NCBI GenBank assembly: GCA_021734065.1 | Contig: JAIPJQ010000002.1 | Location: 2,136 to 66,135, forward strand | Source of the DNA: Fidelibacterota bacterium | GTDB taxonomy: Bacteria > Fidelibacterota > UBA8477 | DNA length: 64,000 nucleotides | Direction: 5' to 3' | Program-made: the position numbers and the translations under genes | In this document: positions 27,841 to 38,278 of the stretch, in pieces | Numbering within the stretch: the stretch's first letter is position 1 | How the letters are laid out: the number at the start of each line of letters is the position of its first letter | Notes under the pieces: generated by a model | Told to the model about the DNA's origin: nothing | The model's database searches: none | The model's input: the letters and a program-made list of their open reading frames with translations, nothing else

Positions 27841-29553
27841 TTAATCTTTAATAATCTCCCCGTCAAACAGGCTCAATACATGCTGAGCCACCGGATGACT
27901 CCAGACCTCATCTTCTTTCTTGGGTTTGGGCTTGAAATCAGATCTGATTTCAAGACGGAAGGATACCGGTTGCTGGAAAACCGATTCCAATGCTTTTTTC
28001 AGCAAGTCCCGCTCTTTCTGTAGTTTTTCTACCTGAAAATCGTGCTCCGCACTGAAGAATACCTGCAGGGTGTTTTTCTTAAATCCCCCCGGTGCGCCCT
28101 CTTCCAGAAATGTGGCCAGCATGGGCTTCAATTGACGCATCGCAGCAACCACATCGAGCCATTTTTCCTGAATTCCCTCAAGTGTAAGCGGTTCCCTGGG
28201 AGCAGCTTCAGTAACGGTCTCAGCCTGGTTGTCAACGGCAGATTCACCATCGGCAACTTTCTGCTTTGGGGACTTTGGACTATCCGCTTTAACTTGCTGT
28301 GTATCAGCAGGTTTATCTGGATTAGCTTGTGCAGGTTTTTCGTGGTTTTTTTCGAATGAATCAGATTCCCAGGATGGAAATTCTACTTTGGGTTCACGGG
28401 TTCCAACCGGACTTTTTTTTTCCGGTGTGCTCATATTCCCCTGTAGCAATTCATCCAGGTGAATTGCCCGGGTCATCTTGGTCATTTTCACCAATAATAA
28501 TTCGGCTGCCACACGCTGATTGGTGGCTTGCCTGAGTTGCTGGAGCGTATCAATCGTCATATTCTGGATGCGAATCAGGTCGCGCTCATCAAAGAGCTTA
28601 CTCTGTGTCATCATCCGTTCCTTCACCGACTCGGTCAAGTTGAGTAAATCAGTGCTGCTGGTGAGCCGTACAATCAGCAGTGAGCGCACATGTTCAGCCA
28701 GGCCGGTAAGGAATTCCCCCACATCGGCTCCGCCGGACAACAATTCATCCAGAGCATTCAAAATCACATCCGACGACTGGCTGGCGATGGCATCCATGGT
28801 ATTAAAATAGATTTCCACATCCACAATGCCCAGAACCTGCCGCACCGTATTCAAATCAATGTCCTCAGGAGCAAATGCGATAACCTGATCCAGTAGACTC
28901 TGCGCATCCCGCAAACTGCCGTCCGCTTTGTTAGCGATAAGGATCAGGGAATCCATATCTGCCTGAATATGCTCTTCGGTACAGATATCCTGGAGCTGTT
29001 TCACCATGTCCCGACTGCCGATGCGTTTGAAGTCAAAGCGCTGACAGCGAGAAAGAATCGTGGCAGGGACTTTGTGGGGTTCTGTTGTGGCAAAAATAAA
29101 CAACACATGCTCCGGTGGTTCTTCCAGCGTTTTCAATAAAGCGTTGAAGGCTTCCTTGGTGAGCATGTGGATTTCGTCAATGATATAAACCCGGTATTTG
29201 GAATGTGTGGGTGGATATTTTACAACTTCCCGTAATTCGCGGATGGAATCAATTCCCCGGGTGGAGGCGCCATCAATTTCCTGCACATCCATACTGCGCC
29301 CTTCTGTAATCTCCGTGCAATGCACACACTGATTACAGGGCTCGCTATTGGTGGGCGATTCGCAATTCAGCGCTTTAGCCAGAATTCGGGCAGTGGTGGT
29401 TTTTCCGACGCCCCGGGGGCCGGTGAAGATGTATCCCTGCCCCAGGCGGTCCCGATGAATGGCATTCCGTATGGTAACGGTGACATGCTCCTGCCCCACA
29501 ACATCAGCAAACTGCTGGGGACGGTATTTAATGGATAGGACTTTATAGGACAT
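27841..29553 (-). CDS. dnaX: DNA polymerase III subunit gamma/tau
   Basis: GPRGVGKTTTARILAKALNCE, zinc module and domains I–III. Carries an A9 run at codons ~377–380. Confidence 0.9.
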   Translation of the reverse strand: MSYKVLSIKYRPQQFADVVGQEHVTVTIRNAIHRDRLGQGYIFTGPRGVGKTTTARILAKALNCESPTNSEPCNQCVHCTEITEGRSMDVQEIDGASTRGIDSIRELREVVKYPPTHSKYRVYIIDEIHMLTKEAFNALLKTLEEPPEHVLFIFATTEPHKVPATILSRCQRFDFKRIGSRDMVKQLQDICTEEHIQADMDSLILIANKADGSLRDAQSLLDQVIAFAPEDIDLNTVRQVLGIVDVEIYFNTMDAIASQSSDVILNALDELLSGGADVGEFLTGLAEHVRSLLIVRLTSSTDLLNLTESVKERMMTQSKLFDERDLIRIQNMTIDTLQQLRQATNQRVAAELLLVKMTKMTRAIHLDELLQGNMSTPEKKSPVGTREPKVEFPSWESDSFEKNHEKPAQANPDKPADTQQVKADSPKSPKQKVADGESAVDNQAETVTEAAPREPLTLEGIQEKWLDVVAAMRQLKPMLATFLEEGAPGGFKKNTLQVFFSAEHDFQVEKLQKERDLLKKALESVFQQPVSFRLEIRSDFKPKPKKEDEVWSHPVAQHVLSLFDGEIIKD

Positions 29554-29609
29554 GCTGTCAAATGCTTTTGGGTTGCCGGGTTATGGTTGAACCGATTCGA
29601 GAGTCTCTT

Positions 29610-29735
29610 CGCATGCGAGCCGTTGCCTGTTCCTGCCCGGGCATCCTCCCGGCACATGGTTTCGCCACTTACCGCTGCTTCCTTCCGGACCTGACGGGGT
29701 TCAGCAGGATTCCATTGCGAGAGACCCGGAGCAGG
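29610..29735 (-). ncRNA. ffs: Signal recognition particle RNA (small 4.5S type)
   Basis: Minus strand contains UCUCUCGCAAUGG...CCCCGUCAGGUCCGGAAGGAAGCAGCGGUAAG...AUGUGCCGGGAGG, a near-exact match to conserved domain IV of E. coli 4.5S. A closing 12-bp helix GCCUGUUCCUGC/GCAGGAACAGGC bounds it. It sits immediately upstream of dnaX, as in many bacteria. Confidence 0.8.
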
Positions 29736-29873
29736 AACAGGCATCAGCCCGTAAGTCGGACATAATTTCCGTTCTGAATTAACTCCTGAAATCGGCTGAC
29801 AAAAAGCTTGGAAATGTAAACGGCGGCTTCACCTCTTCCAAGTCGGAAGCAGATTCAACCGGAATTTATTGAA

Positions 29874-31847
29874 TTACTGCAGCAGCTCTTTGATTTTTTC
29901 ACTGCTGAATCCGAATTCAGAAAAAATGCGCTCCGCAGGCGCAGAAGCGCCAAATGTGGTCATCGCCAGAATATTCCCCTGAGCGCCCACAAATTCATGC
30001 CATCCCAGCGGCGAACCGGCCTCCACGGCTAATCGTTTGCTGATTCCGGGCAACAAAACATCATCACGATACGCTGCCGGTTGTCTGCGGAATAATTCCC
30101 AACTGGGCATGGAAACGACCCGGGTCGCTTTTCCGGCGGCTGTGAGTTCCCGGGCAGCTTCCAGTGCAATACCCACCTCCGATCCTGTGGCAATGATCAA
30201 CCGCTCCGGATCATCGGCATCCAAAAGTGTGTACCCACCCCGGGCAACCGCATCAGTGGGAATTTTTGGTAACGCTGCCGTCTTCTGGCGGGTAAAAACC
30301 AGGACCGTGGGACCATCTTTCCGCTCCAATGCAATTTGCCAAGCCTGAGCGGTTTCCTGTCCATCGGCCGGTCTTATAACCACAAGGTTCGGAATAGCCC
30401 GTAACATGGCCAGTTGTTCAATCGCCTGGTGTGTGGGACCATCTTCCCCCACACCGATGCTGTCATGGGTAAAAATGAAGATACTGGGCAATTTCATCAA
30501 TGCCGCTAATCGGATTGCCGGTTTCATATAGTCAGCGAACACCAGGAATGTCCCGCCGTAGGCGCGTAAGCCGCTGAGGGTGAGTCCATTCACAATAGCA
30601 CCCATAGCGTGCTCACGCACACCAAAATGGAGATTGGGACCGGCGTAGCTACCGTACGCAAAATCAGCGGCATCATTGATATTGGTCTTATTGGAGGGTG
30701 CCAGATCGGCTGAGCCGCCCAGCAATCCGGGGAAAAATGGCTTCACCGCATTCAACGCTTTACCGTTGGCCGCCCGGGTAGCCATGCCGGTTTCCGGCTC
30801 CATTAATCCATCTAAGGCTTCCCGCCAGCCGATTTTTCCTTCACCGGTTAACAGTTGTGTCAATTCCGCGGCATCATCAGGAAATTGCTCCTGATACGAC
30901 TGCCACATTTTCTGCCAGCGTTCATAAGCCCGCATGCCCCGTTCACCGGCTTTCTCAAAATGACCACGCACAGCATCCGGTATATAAAAGGGCTGAGTGT
31001 GCTGCCAACCCAGTGTCTCTTTCACCAATGCAATTTCGTCCTCCCCCAGTGGCGCACCATGGGCATCGGCGGAATCCACTTTGTTGGGACTGCCAAAACC
31101 GATGTGGGTTTTGCAGATCACCAGCGTGGGTTTGGTGTCATCAGCCATCCCCATTCGAATGGCATTTTCCACGGCGGTAATGTCATTTCCGTCCACGAGC
31201 CCTGTCACATGCCAGCGGTATCCTTCAAAACGCTTCCGCACATCATCGGAGCAGGTCAATGAAGTGGCGCCTTCGATCTGGATATTGTTGTCATCGTAGA
31301 GAAAAATCAGTCGGCCGAGTTTTAAATGTCCCGCCAGGCTGGCGGCTTCTCCCGTAATGCCTTCCTGCATGTCTCCGTCACCCATGAGTCCAAAAATAAA
31401 ATGGTCAAACAACTTGTGTTTGGGGCGATTAAACCGGGCGCCCAGGTGCGCCTGAGCCATGGCCATCCCCACCGCCTGGGCAAATCCCTGTCCCAACGGT
31501 CCGGTGGTGGTTTCCACGCCGGGAGTGAGTCCATATTCAGGATGTCCGGGTGTGATACTGTCCCACTGCCTAAATTGCTTGATATCGTCAAGACTCAATG
31601 CATAACCGCTGAGATGCAATAAACTATACAGGAGCATGGACGCGTGCCCTGCAGACAGGACGAACCGGTCGCGATTCAACCACTCCGGATCCCGGGCATT
31701 GAAACGCATGATCCGATGGAAAAGTGTGAACCCCAAAGGCGCCGCCCCCATGGGAGCGCCGGGATGACCCGAATTGGCTTTCTGTACCGCTTCTGCTGAT
31801 AAAATCCGAATCGTATTTATGCTCAATTCATCAATTTTGGATACCAT
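29874..31847 (-). CDS. tkt: Transketolase
   Basis: 657 aa. N-terminal [12 protein letters not shown] thiamine-diphosphate motif. Confidence 0.9.
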   Translation of the reverse strand: MVSKIDELSINTIRILSAEAVQKANSGHPGAPMGAAPLGFTLFHRIMRFNARDPEWLNRDRFVLSAGHASMLLYSLLHLSGYALSLDDIKQFRQWDSITPGHPEYGLTPGVETTTGPLGQGFAQAVGMAMAQAHLGARFNRPKHKLFDHFIFGLMGDGDMQEGITGEAASLAGHLKLGRLIFLYDDNNIQIEGATSLTCSDDVRKRFEGYRWHVTGLVDGNDITAVENAIRMGMADDTKPTLVICKTHIGFGSPNKVDSADAHGAPLGEDEIALVKETLGWQHTQPFYIPDAVRGHFEKAGERGMRAYERWQKMWQSYQEQFPDDAAELTQLLTGEGKIGWREALDGLMEPETGMATRAANGKALNAVKPFFPGLLGGSADLAPSNKTNINDAADFAYGSYAGPNLHFGVREHAMGAIVNGLTLSGLRAYGGTFLVFADYMKPAIRLAALMKLPSIFIFTHDSIGVGEDGPTHQAIEQLAMLRAIPNLVVIRPADGQETAQAWQIALERKDGPTVLVFTRQKTAALPKIPTDAVARGGYTLLDADDPERLIIATGSEVGIALEAARELTAAGKATRVVSMPSWELFRRQPAAYRDDVLLPGISKRLAVEAGSPLGWHEFVGAQGNILAMTTFGASAPAERIFSEFGFSSEKIKELLQ

Positions 31848-31958
31848 ATCAACCCTATTCTTCTGATTTATAATGACTTACCAGTCCAAGGTCACACACG
31901 GTGAAAATGGAGGTATTGCGTGGGCAAAACCTTCATTAACATGCCCTCGCCAATGCTG

Positions 31959-33293
31959 CTATACTTTCCATAAATCCTCTTTTTCAAAAAATCGCTGCAA
32001 AACTTTGATCATCATGGCTGAATCAGCCGAGCCGCATGTCTCCCGCACCGAATGCATGCTCAACATGGCCGTTCCCACATCCACCACCGGAATTCCCAAG
32101 TTCGTGGCAGTGATGGGGCCAATGGTTGACCCACAGGGTAAATCCGTGCGATGGATATAATGCTGAACCGGGACAGACACATCTTTGCACAGTGTTTTGA
32201 AAATTGCTGTGGTATCACTATCCGTGGCATATCGCTCGCGGGCGCTGTGCTTGATCACCGGACCACCGTTCATCTGTACCTGATGCTGACTGTCATGATA
32301 TTCGGCATAATTGGGATGCACAGCGTGTGCTCCGTCTGCTGAGATGCAGAAAGTTTTTGCCAACCCGCGCTGAAACGCATGGTCCGGGCGTTTTCCCGAT
32401 TCCAGCACGCGCTGAACCACGTGACGGATAAAGGGCGACGCCCCACCGGCAGCCGTATTGGAACCCACCTCTTCGTTATCAAACATGACCATCATACTGG
32501 TCGCGGCAGGTGTCTTTTTCACCTGTTGTAATGCCACCAATTGCGCATGACACATGGCCAGATTATCGATACGGCCACTGAAAATGAAATCGTCTTTCAA
32601 TCCACCCAATTGCCCCGGCTGCAAGTCAATCAGTTCCAATTCCCAACTCACGATGTTTTCAGGCTGAACCTGCAATTCTTCACTTATGATATCATTGATA
32701 ACCGACTGTCTATCAACCACTTCATCTGCATTTGATAAAGTCACAATTGGTGGGATGTGCTGTTGCTGATTTAACACCAATCCTTCATCGTTCACCTTCC
32801 GGTTCAGATGAATCGCCAGTTGGGCAATGCGCAGAATGGGTCGTTTGATCCATACCGGCATCGCCTGAATCGTACCTGCTTTTTCCACCAATACCCGCCC
32901 GGCTATGGATAAATCCCGGTCTGTCCAGGAAGCGATGAGCGGACCGCCGTAAACTTCGATCCCAAATTGCAGGTACCCAGCTTTGGTATAGGCCGCGTTT
33001 GGCTTAATCCGGAATCCGGGTGAATCCGAATGCGCACCAATGAGCCGAATGCCCGATTCCCATGCCGGTTGTTTCCCCATCTGCCAGGCAATTAGTGCCG
33101 TATCTGAACGGCTGGTGTAGTACTTTCCACCGGCTTCCAGCCGCCATTCGTCCTCTTCATTCAATTCCTTGTATCCGCTGTTATTCAACCGGTTACGGGT
33201 TTCGATTACAGCATGGTAAGCCGTGGGACTGGCATTGATAAACGCCAGTAAATCTTTAGCGGTCTTCATTGCACGATCTGTTTTGCCACTCAT
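31959..33293 (-). CDS. M18-family aminopeptidase
   Basis: LLAFINASPTAYHAV N-terminus typical of M18. Start set to the ATG at 33293 to avoid overlap with dprA; the 33314 start is also possible. Confidence 0.7.
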   Translation of the reverse strand: MSGKTDRAMKTAKDLLAFINASPTAYHAVIETRNRLNNSGYKELNEEDEWRLEAGGKYYTSRSDTALIAWQMGKQPAWESGIRLIGAHSDSPGFRIKPNAAYTKAGYLQFGIEVYGGPLIASWTDRDLSIAGRVLVEKAGTIQAMPVWIKRPILRIAQLAIHLNRKVNDEGLVLNQQQHIPPIVTLSNADEVVDRQSVINDIISEELQVQPENIVSWELELIDLQPGQLGGLKDDFIFSGRIDNLAMCHAQLVALQQVKKTPAATSMMVMFDNEEVGSNTAAGGASPFIRHVVQRVLESGKRPDHAFQRGLAKTFCISADGAHAVHPNYAEYHDSQHQVQMNGGPVIKHSARERYATDSDTTAIFKTLCKDVSVPVQHYIHRTDLPCGSTIGPITATNLGIPVVDVGTAMLSMHSVRETCGSADSAMMIKVLQRFFEKEDLWKV

Positions 33294-33297
33294 GGTG

Positions 33298-34398
33298 CTA
33301 TCCTTTGCGCACAAATTGTTTTCCCGGAAGCTGTTGAGCCAATCCCTTCAGCTCCAATTGCAGTAACGTACCCAACAGGGCAAATGTGGTGGTATCCAGT
33401 TTCTCCGCTAACTGGTCAATGTGCTGCGGTTCACTGTTCAGCGCCTCAAAAATTCGCGCTTCTTCCCCCTCCAGCCCGATGGGCATTGCCATCTGTCCCT
33501 GGGATACACCCAGGCCAAACCGACCACCAATTTCCTGTAAAACATCCTCAATACCGGTCACCAGCTTCGCGCCCTGTTGAATAAGCCGATTGGTCCCCAT
33601 ACTCTGACTATTGTAAATAGAACCCGGTACGGCAAAAACCTCCCGATTCTGATCCAATGCCATATAGGCTGTGATCAACGCGCCACTTTTCGCCCCGGCT
33701 TCCACCACCACGATTCCCTGGGATAATCCACTGATAATGCGATTCCGGCGGGGAAAATTGGGCGCGTCCGGCTTGGTGCCAACCATGAACTCCGACAATA
33801 GCAGGCCATTGGACACCATTTTTTCAAACAGGTGGCGATTTTCCGCGGGATACACCCGATCCACACCGCATCCCAGCACCGCGATGGTGGATGCTTCGTA
33901 CCGCAACGCTGTTTCATGGGCGGTGGTGTCCACACCACGCGCAAACCCACTTACCACAGTCACGCCGGCCTCCGCCAGCCCCTGAGTCAATTCCCTGGTA
34001 ACCCGCTTTCCGGCAGATGTGGGCGCCCGGGTGCCCACTATTCCCAGCATGGGATTTTGCAGTAATTCAATATTTCCCCGATAGAACAACACCACTGGTG
34101 GATCATAAATGCGTTTCAGTGGCTCGGGAAATTCATCGTCCAGAAAGGAGAGAATGCCCACCTCGAACTTTTCCAGCAGCTTCACCTGACCATCGAGCAA
34201 TTCCGTATCCGGTGGTGCCAAAATACTTTTCACCAATCCCTCATGAATGCCGGGGGTTTTGCATAAAATTTTCGGGGATGTGTTGAAAATGGCTTCCGGA
34301 TTCCCCACATGGTGCAGCAGGTCAATCGCTTTGCGCGGACCCACACCTGGCACCGCCAAGAGGCGCAGTAGGGCAATTTGGTGATCAGTCAGCTGCAA
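33298..34398 (-). CDS. dprA: DNA-processing protein DprA
   Basis: GIVGTRAPTSAGKRVTRELTQGLAEAGVTVVSGFARGVD Rossmann core. Confidence 0.8.
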   Translation of the reverse strand: MQLTDHQIALLRLLAVPGVGPRKAIDLLHHVGNPEAIFNTSPKILCKTPGIHEGLVKSILAPPDTELLDGQVKLLEKFEVGILSFLDDEFPEPLKRIYDPPVVLFYRGNIELLQNPMLGIVGTRAPTSAGKRVTRELTQGLAEAGVTVVSGFARGVDTTAHETALRYEASTIAVLGCGVDRVYPAENRHLFEKMVSNGLLLSEFMVGTKPDAPNFPRRNRIISGLSQGIVVVEAGAKSGALITAYMALDQNREVFAVPGSIYNSQSMGTNRLIQQGAKLVTGIEDVLQEIGGRFGLGVSQGQMAMPIGLEGEEARIFEALNSEPQHIDQLAEKLDTTTFALLGTLLQLELKGLAQQLPGKQFVRKG

Positions 34399-35377
34399 TC
34401 GTCTCCGCCAGGTATTTGATCAACGCGTCCAAGCCGGTTCTATTCAGCGAACTGATGGGAAATACTGGGATATTTTCCGGAAATTCAATTTCAGGAACCT
34501 CTGTGACAGAATCAATTTTTGTCACGGCAATGGCGCGCGGCTTTTTCATCATCCGGTCATTATACTGGGACAATTCGTGGACGAGTTTTTCATAGGTAGC
34601 CAGGGGTTCCGGGTCGTTCACATCCACCATGAATAGCAGAACCTTGGTGCGCTCCACATGCCGTAAGAAACGATCGCCCAGACCTTTACCCTTATGGGCA
34701 CCTTCAATCAAGCCGGGGATATCCGCCATTAAAAAACTGGTATATTCACCCGATTTCACAATGCCCAGATTGGGTACCAGCGTGGTAAATGGATAATCGG
34801 CCACTTTAGGCCGGGCTTTTGATACGACCGATAATAAGGTGGATTTTCCGGCATTGGGGAATCCCACCAAGCCCACATCCGCTAACAGTTTTAATTCCAG
34901 ACTGATCGCCCGAAATTCGCCCGGTTTCCCCTCTTCCGCGCGCCGCGGCGTTTGGTGGGTGGAGGATGCAAAATGGGCATTACCACGCCCGCCCTGACCA
35001 CCGTGTGCAACAATAATCTCGTCCTCCGCGAGTTGCAGATCTGCGATAATCTCTTCCGATTTTTCATCTTTTACAATGGTTCCCGGCGGTACCTGGATGA
35101 TCAGATCCTGCCCGCTGCGACCATTTTTCCGGCTTCCCTCGCCATGCCGGCCGGCTGGTGCCTTGTACTGCTTATGGTAGCGGATGTCCTGAAGTGTGTG
35201 AAGTTGCGGATTCACAGAGAGGATAACATTGCCCCCATTTCCGCCATCGCCGCCGGAGGGACCGCCTTTGGGAACGAATTTTTCACGCCGGAAAGCCACC
35301 ACACCATTCCCGCCACGGCCACCTTCCGTCGTGATACGAACAAAATCGATAAATACAAAGCCACCGTCAGTACTCAT
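34385..35377 (-). CDS. obg: GTPase Obg
   Basis: Gly-rich Obg fold GGRGGNGV...GGPSGGDGGNGG, followed by a G domain. Confidence 0.9.
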   Translation of the reverse strand: MSTDGGFVFIDFVRITTEGGRGGNGVVAFRREKFVPKGGPSGGDGGNGGNVILSVNPQLHTLQDIRYHKQYKAPAGRHGEGSRKNGRSGQDLIIQVPPGTIVKDEKSEEIIADLQLAEDEIIVAHGGQGGRGNAHFASSTHQTPRRAEEGKPGEFRAISLELKLLADVGLVGFPNAGKSTLLSVVSKARPKVADYPFTTLVPNLGIVKSGEYTSFLMADIPGLIEGAHKGKGLGDRFLRHVERTKVLLFMVDVNDPEPLATYEKLVHELSQYNDRMMKKPRAIAVTKIDSVTEVPEIEFPENIPVFPISSLNRTGLDALIKYLAETIAAD

Positions 35378-35430
35378 GGTCGTTTACAATATCTTGGTTT
35401 AGGTAAAAAATACAATGATTGTTTGATTAA

Positions 35431-35910
35431 TTACGGAGAGCTCTGCATTTTTTGACGGAGGATCTCGTCATTTTCCAGTGCATTGGCCACCAACTCCCTC
35501 GATGCGTCTTCATGGAGCTTCAAAAGCACCCAATATTTGCCACCGCTTGAATAGGTATCTTCAATCTGTGTTTCCAGTAGCAACATGTCCAACATCGCGG
35601 GTAAAATTTGCTTCAGGTAAAAATACTGTTCCTCGTTGATCATTCCGGCCCGACTCACCACATAATTTTCCATCCACGCCAGGACCATGGGTTGCAGAGC
35701 CTTACTCATCTCGTCCCGTCCCTGTTGAGCAGCCAGTTCAGCGCCATTCTCCCGACCTTCCTGAATACCGATCGCATAAAAATATCCCGGCAAAACCGGA
35801 TCGCGCTGTGTCCAGGCTGGAGGCGTACGCAACAGGTTCCCGGATTGACTGCAAGCAGTTAATCCAACCAGAGCCATCGTTAAAATCGCAATCTGTAAGC
35901 GTCGCGCCAT
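35431..35910 (-). CDS. Hypothetical lipoprotein
   Basis: 159 aa. Lipobox LVGLTAC. Confidence 0.45.
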   Translation of the reverse strand: MARRLQIAILTMALVGLTACSQSGNLLRTPPAWTQRDPVLPGYFYAIGIQEGRENGAELAAQQGRDEMSKALQPMVLAWMENYVVSRAGMINEEQYFYLKQILPAMLDMLLLETQIEDTYSSGGKYWVLLKLHEDASRELVANALENDEILRQKMQSSP

Positions 35911-35990
35911 GCCACCTCCCGGATGAATGAAAAATCTATTTATCGTAAATAATATAGACTGTCAGTTATGCCATCTCCAACCACTGGTCG

Positions 35991-37175
35991 CTACCGAACG
36001 CGCAAAATAAAACCCTTCAGATAGCGTGACTCAGGAAAAGCCAGCCGAATGGGGTGATCCGGTGCCTGACCGAGCTGTTCCAGGATCTGGACATCCCGCC
36101 CGGCGTCCAGCGCTGCGTAATGCAAAATGCGTTGGAAATGCTCCCGACTCAGTGATCCCGAGCAGGAAAATGTTACCAGGATTCCATCCCGATTCACCAA
36201 TTTCATGGCCCACAGGTTAATATCTTTGTAAGCGCGTTCAGCGTGTTTCAGCGTAGCACGCGTCGGCGCAAATTTGGGCGGATCAAGAATGATCACATCG
36301 AAAGAGCGGGCAGCATCCCGGTAGGTGCGTAATGCCTGAAAAACATCCCCTTCATCAATAGCAACCCGCGATTCATCAATATCATTTAATGCCAAATTCT
36401 GCTTCAGCATCTCCAAGGCCGGTTGGGAAGTATCCAGAAAGCGTACAGATGTTGCCTGGGCATTAAGGGCGTGCAATCCAAACCCGCCCGTGTAACAGAA
36501 AGCATCCAACACCGATTTATCCTGACAATACCGGGCAACGGCGTGGCGATTTTGCGCCTGATCCAGGTAAAAACCGGTTTTTTGAGATTCGTCCGGTTGG
36601 AGCATGAAGCGGGTCTCCCCTTCTTGGATCATGATCTGACCGGGATCGGTCCCGTGATGCCACATAACCCGTGGGTCCAGACCTTCCAACTTCCGGACTT
36701 CCAGATCGCTGCGTTCCAGAATCCCGGCCGGTTGATATTGAGCTAAAAGGTGTTGTACAAGTATATCGAGCACCCGCTCCATTCCGGCACTGAGGATTTG
36801 CATCACCAGATAGTTCCCGAATGCATCCAGGATGAAGCCCGGCAGTTGATCCGATTCACTGAAAATGAGTCGTCGCGCTACATGAGGCTGAAGTTTTCCG
36901 TCCGGGAATCGCAGATGAATGGCGCGATCCATCTGATGCTCATACCACTGGCGATCAATACTGTCCGATTCATCCCAGGAGACCAGGCGTAAAGCGATTT
37001 TGGACTGGGGTGAGAAATGGGCGTATGCCAGAAATTGACCCGATTCATCCAGCACCTGAACAGTTTCACCCGACTGGGGCTCTCCGCTCATTTGAGCGAT
37101 ACCCTGACTGAAAACCCAGGGGTGAAAATGTCTGGCCTGGACGGCTGCTTTTGGTTTTAAATGCACTTTTATCAT
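35991..37175 (-). CDS. rlmI: Class I SAM-dependent rRNA methyltransferase (RlmI/RlmK type, PUA plus methyltransferase)
   Basis: 394 aa. DAFCYTGGFGLHA SAM motif and DPPKFA motif. Confidence 0.7.
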   Translation of the reverse strand: MIKVHLKPKAAVQARHFHPWVFSQGIAQMSGEPQSGETVQVLDESGQFLAYAHFSPQSKIALRLVSWDESDSIDRQWYEHQMDRAIHLRFPDGKLQPHVARRLIFSESDQLPGFILDAFGNYLVMQILSAGMERVLDILVQHLLAQYQPAGILERSDLEVRKLEGLDPRVMWHHGTDPGQIMIQEGETRFMLQPDESQKTGFYLDQAQNRHAVARYCQDKSVLDAFCYTGGFGLHALNAQATSVRFLDTSQPALEMLKQNLALNDIDESRVAIDEGDVFQALRTYRDAARSFDVIILDPPKFAPTRATLKHAERAYKDINLWAMKLVNRDGILVTFSCSGSLSREHFQRILHYAALDAGRDVQILEQLGQAPDHPIRLAFPESRYLKGFILRVR

Positions 37176-37254
37176 TGTAGCGCTATCTTAATGTGTGAAC
37201 CAACATTCCATACACTTTTTATCACGCAGTCCCAGACTGAGAGAGGATTAGAAA

Positions 37255-38193
37255 ATGGGGAAAATCGCGTTCGCTGTCCATGGTGGGGCTGGTGTCATTC
37301 TCAAGGAAAACATGACACCGGAACGTGAAGCGCAGGTGCGAGTCGGGTTAAAAAAAGCGCTGGAAGTCGGACAAAATATTTTGACCACAGGCGGTTCGAG
37401 TCTGGATGCAGTGACAGAAGCCATCGTGATTCTGGAAGATTTACCGGAATTCAATGCCGGTCGGGGATCGGTATTCAATCATTTTGGGAAACATGAAATG
37501 GATGCGGCGCTCATGTCCGGTCGCGAACTAACCACCGGTGCGGTAGCCAGTGTCACCGGCGTCCGAAATCCCGTTCGCCTGGCCCGGGCAGTGCTGGAAA
37601 AGACGCCCCATGTCCTGCTCACCAGCGAGGGCGCTGAAGCGTTGGCGCTGGAGTTGGGTCTCCCCTTCGAGTCGGAGGAGTATTTTTACACTGACCATCG
37701 GTATAAACAGCTCCAGCAGGCGTTGGAACGGAATCAGACGCAGTTGGATCATGCGGACGATGGGGAGGAAGATAAAAAATTTGGGACGGTGGGTGCGGTG
37801 GCGCTGGATCAACACGGGGATCTAGCAACGGGTGTTTCTACCGGTGGAATGACGAATAAAAAATATGGTCGTATTGGTGATTCCCCTATCGTGGGTGCCG
37901 GCCTGTATGCAAATAACAGAACGTGTGCGGTTTCCGCCACGGGTGAGGGCGAGTATTTCATCCGAGGCGTGGTTTGTTATGACATTTCAGCCCGGATGGA
38001 ATATTTGGGTGAAGACCTTACCCGGGCTGCCCAAACGGTAATTATGGACCGACTGAGTGACCTCGGTGGCTCGGGCGGCATCATCAGCGTTGATGCGTCA
38101 GGATGTATCTCCATGCCGTACAATACACCGGGGATGTATCGGGGATTTCTCAACGACAAGGGTGAAGCGGTGGTGCGGATCTGGGAATATTGA
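37255..38193 (+). CDS. iaaA: Isoaspartyl peptidase / L-asparaginase (Ntn hydrolase)
   Basis: HGGAG..., autoprocessing site GTVGAVALD, and GVSTGGMTNKKYGRIGDSPIVGAG. Confidence 0.8.
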   Translation: MGKIAFAVHGGAGVILKENMTPEREAQVRVGLKKALEVGQNILTTGGSSLDAVTEAIVILEDLPEFNAGRGSVFNHFGKHEMDAALMSGRELTTGAVASVTGVRNPVRLARAVLEKTPHVLLTSEGAEALALELGLPFESEEYFYTDHRYKQLQQALERNQTQLDHADDGEEDKKFGTVGAVALDQHGDLATGVSTGGMTNKKYGRIGDSPIVGAGLYANNRTCAVSATGEGEYFIRGVVCYDISARMEYLGEDLTRAAQTVIMDRLSDLGGSGGIISVDASGCISMPYNTPGMYRGFLNDKGEAVVRIWEY

Positions 38194-38201
38194 TCAACCA
38201 A

Positions 38202-38237
38202 AAAGCCCGAAGCCTGTTGCCAAGTCCGGGCTTTCTT
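38202..38237. terminator. Bidirectional intrinsic terminator between the convergent iaaA and CBM9/DUF5916 gene
   Basis: AAAAGCCCG-(16-nt loop)-CGGGCTTTCTT hairpin, with an A run on one side and a T run on the other. Confidence 0.55.
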
Positions 38238-38278
38238 CACCTATGATGCTGGAGATGAAGTTTTGTGCCTAAGATTTC

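Noticed and set aside
29741-29873. Possible tkt terminator hairpin CTTCC-aagtc-GGAAG
   Set aside because: Only a 5-bp stem with no U tract. Not convincing.
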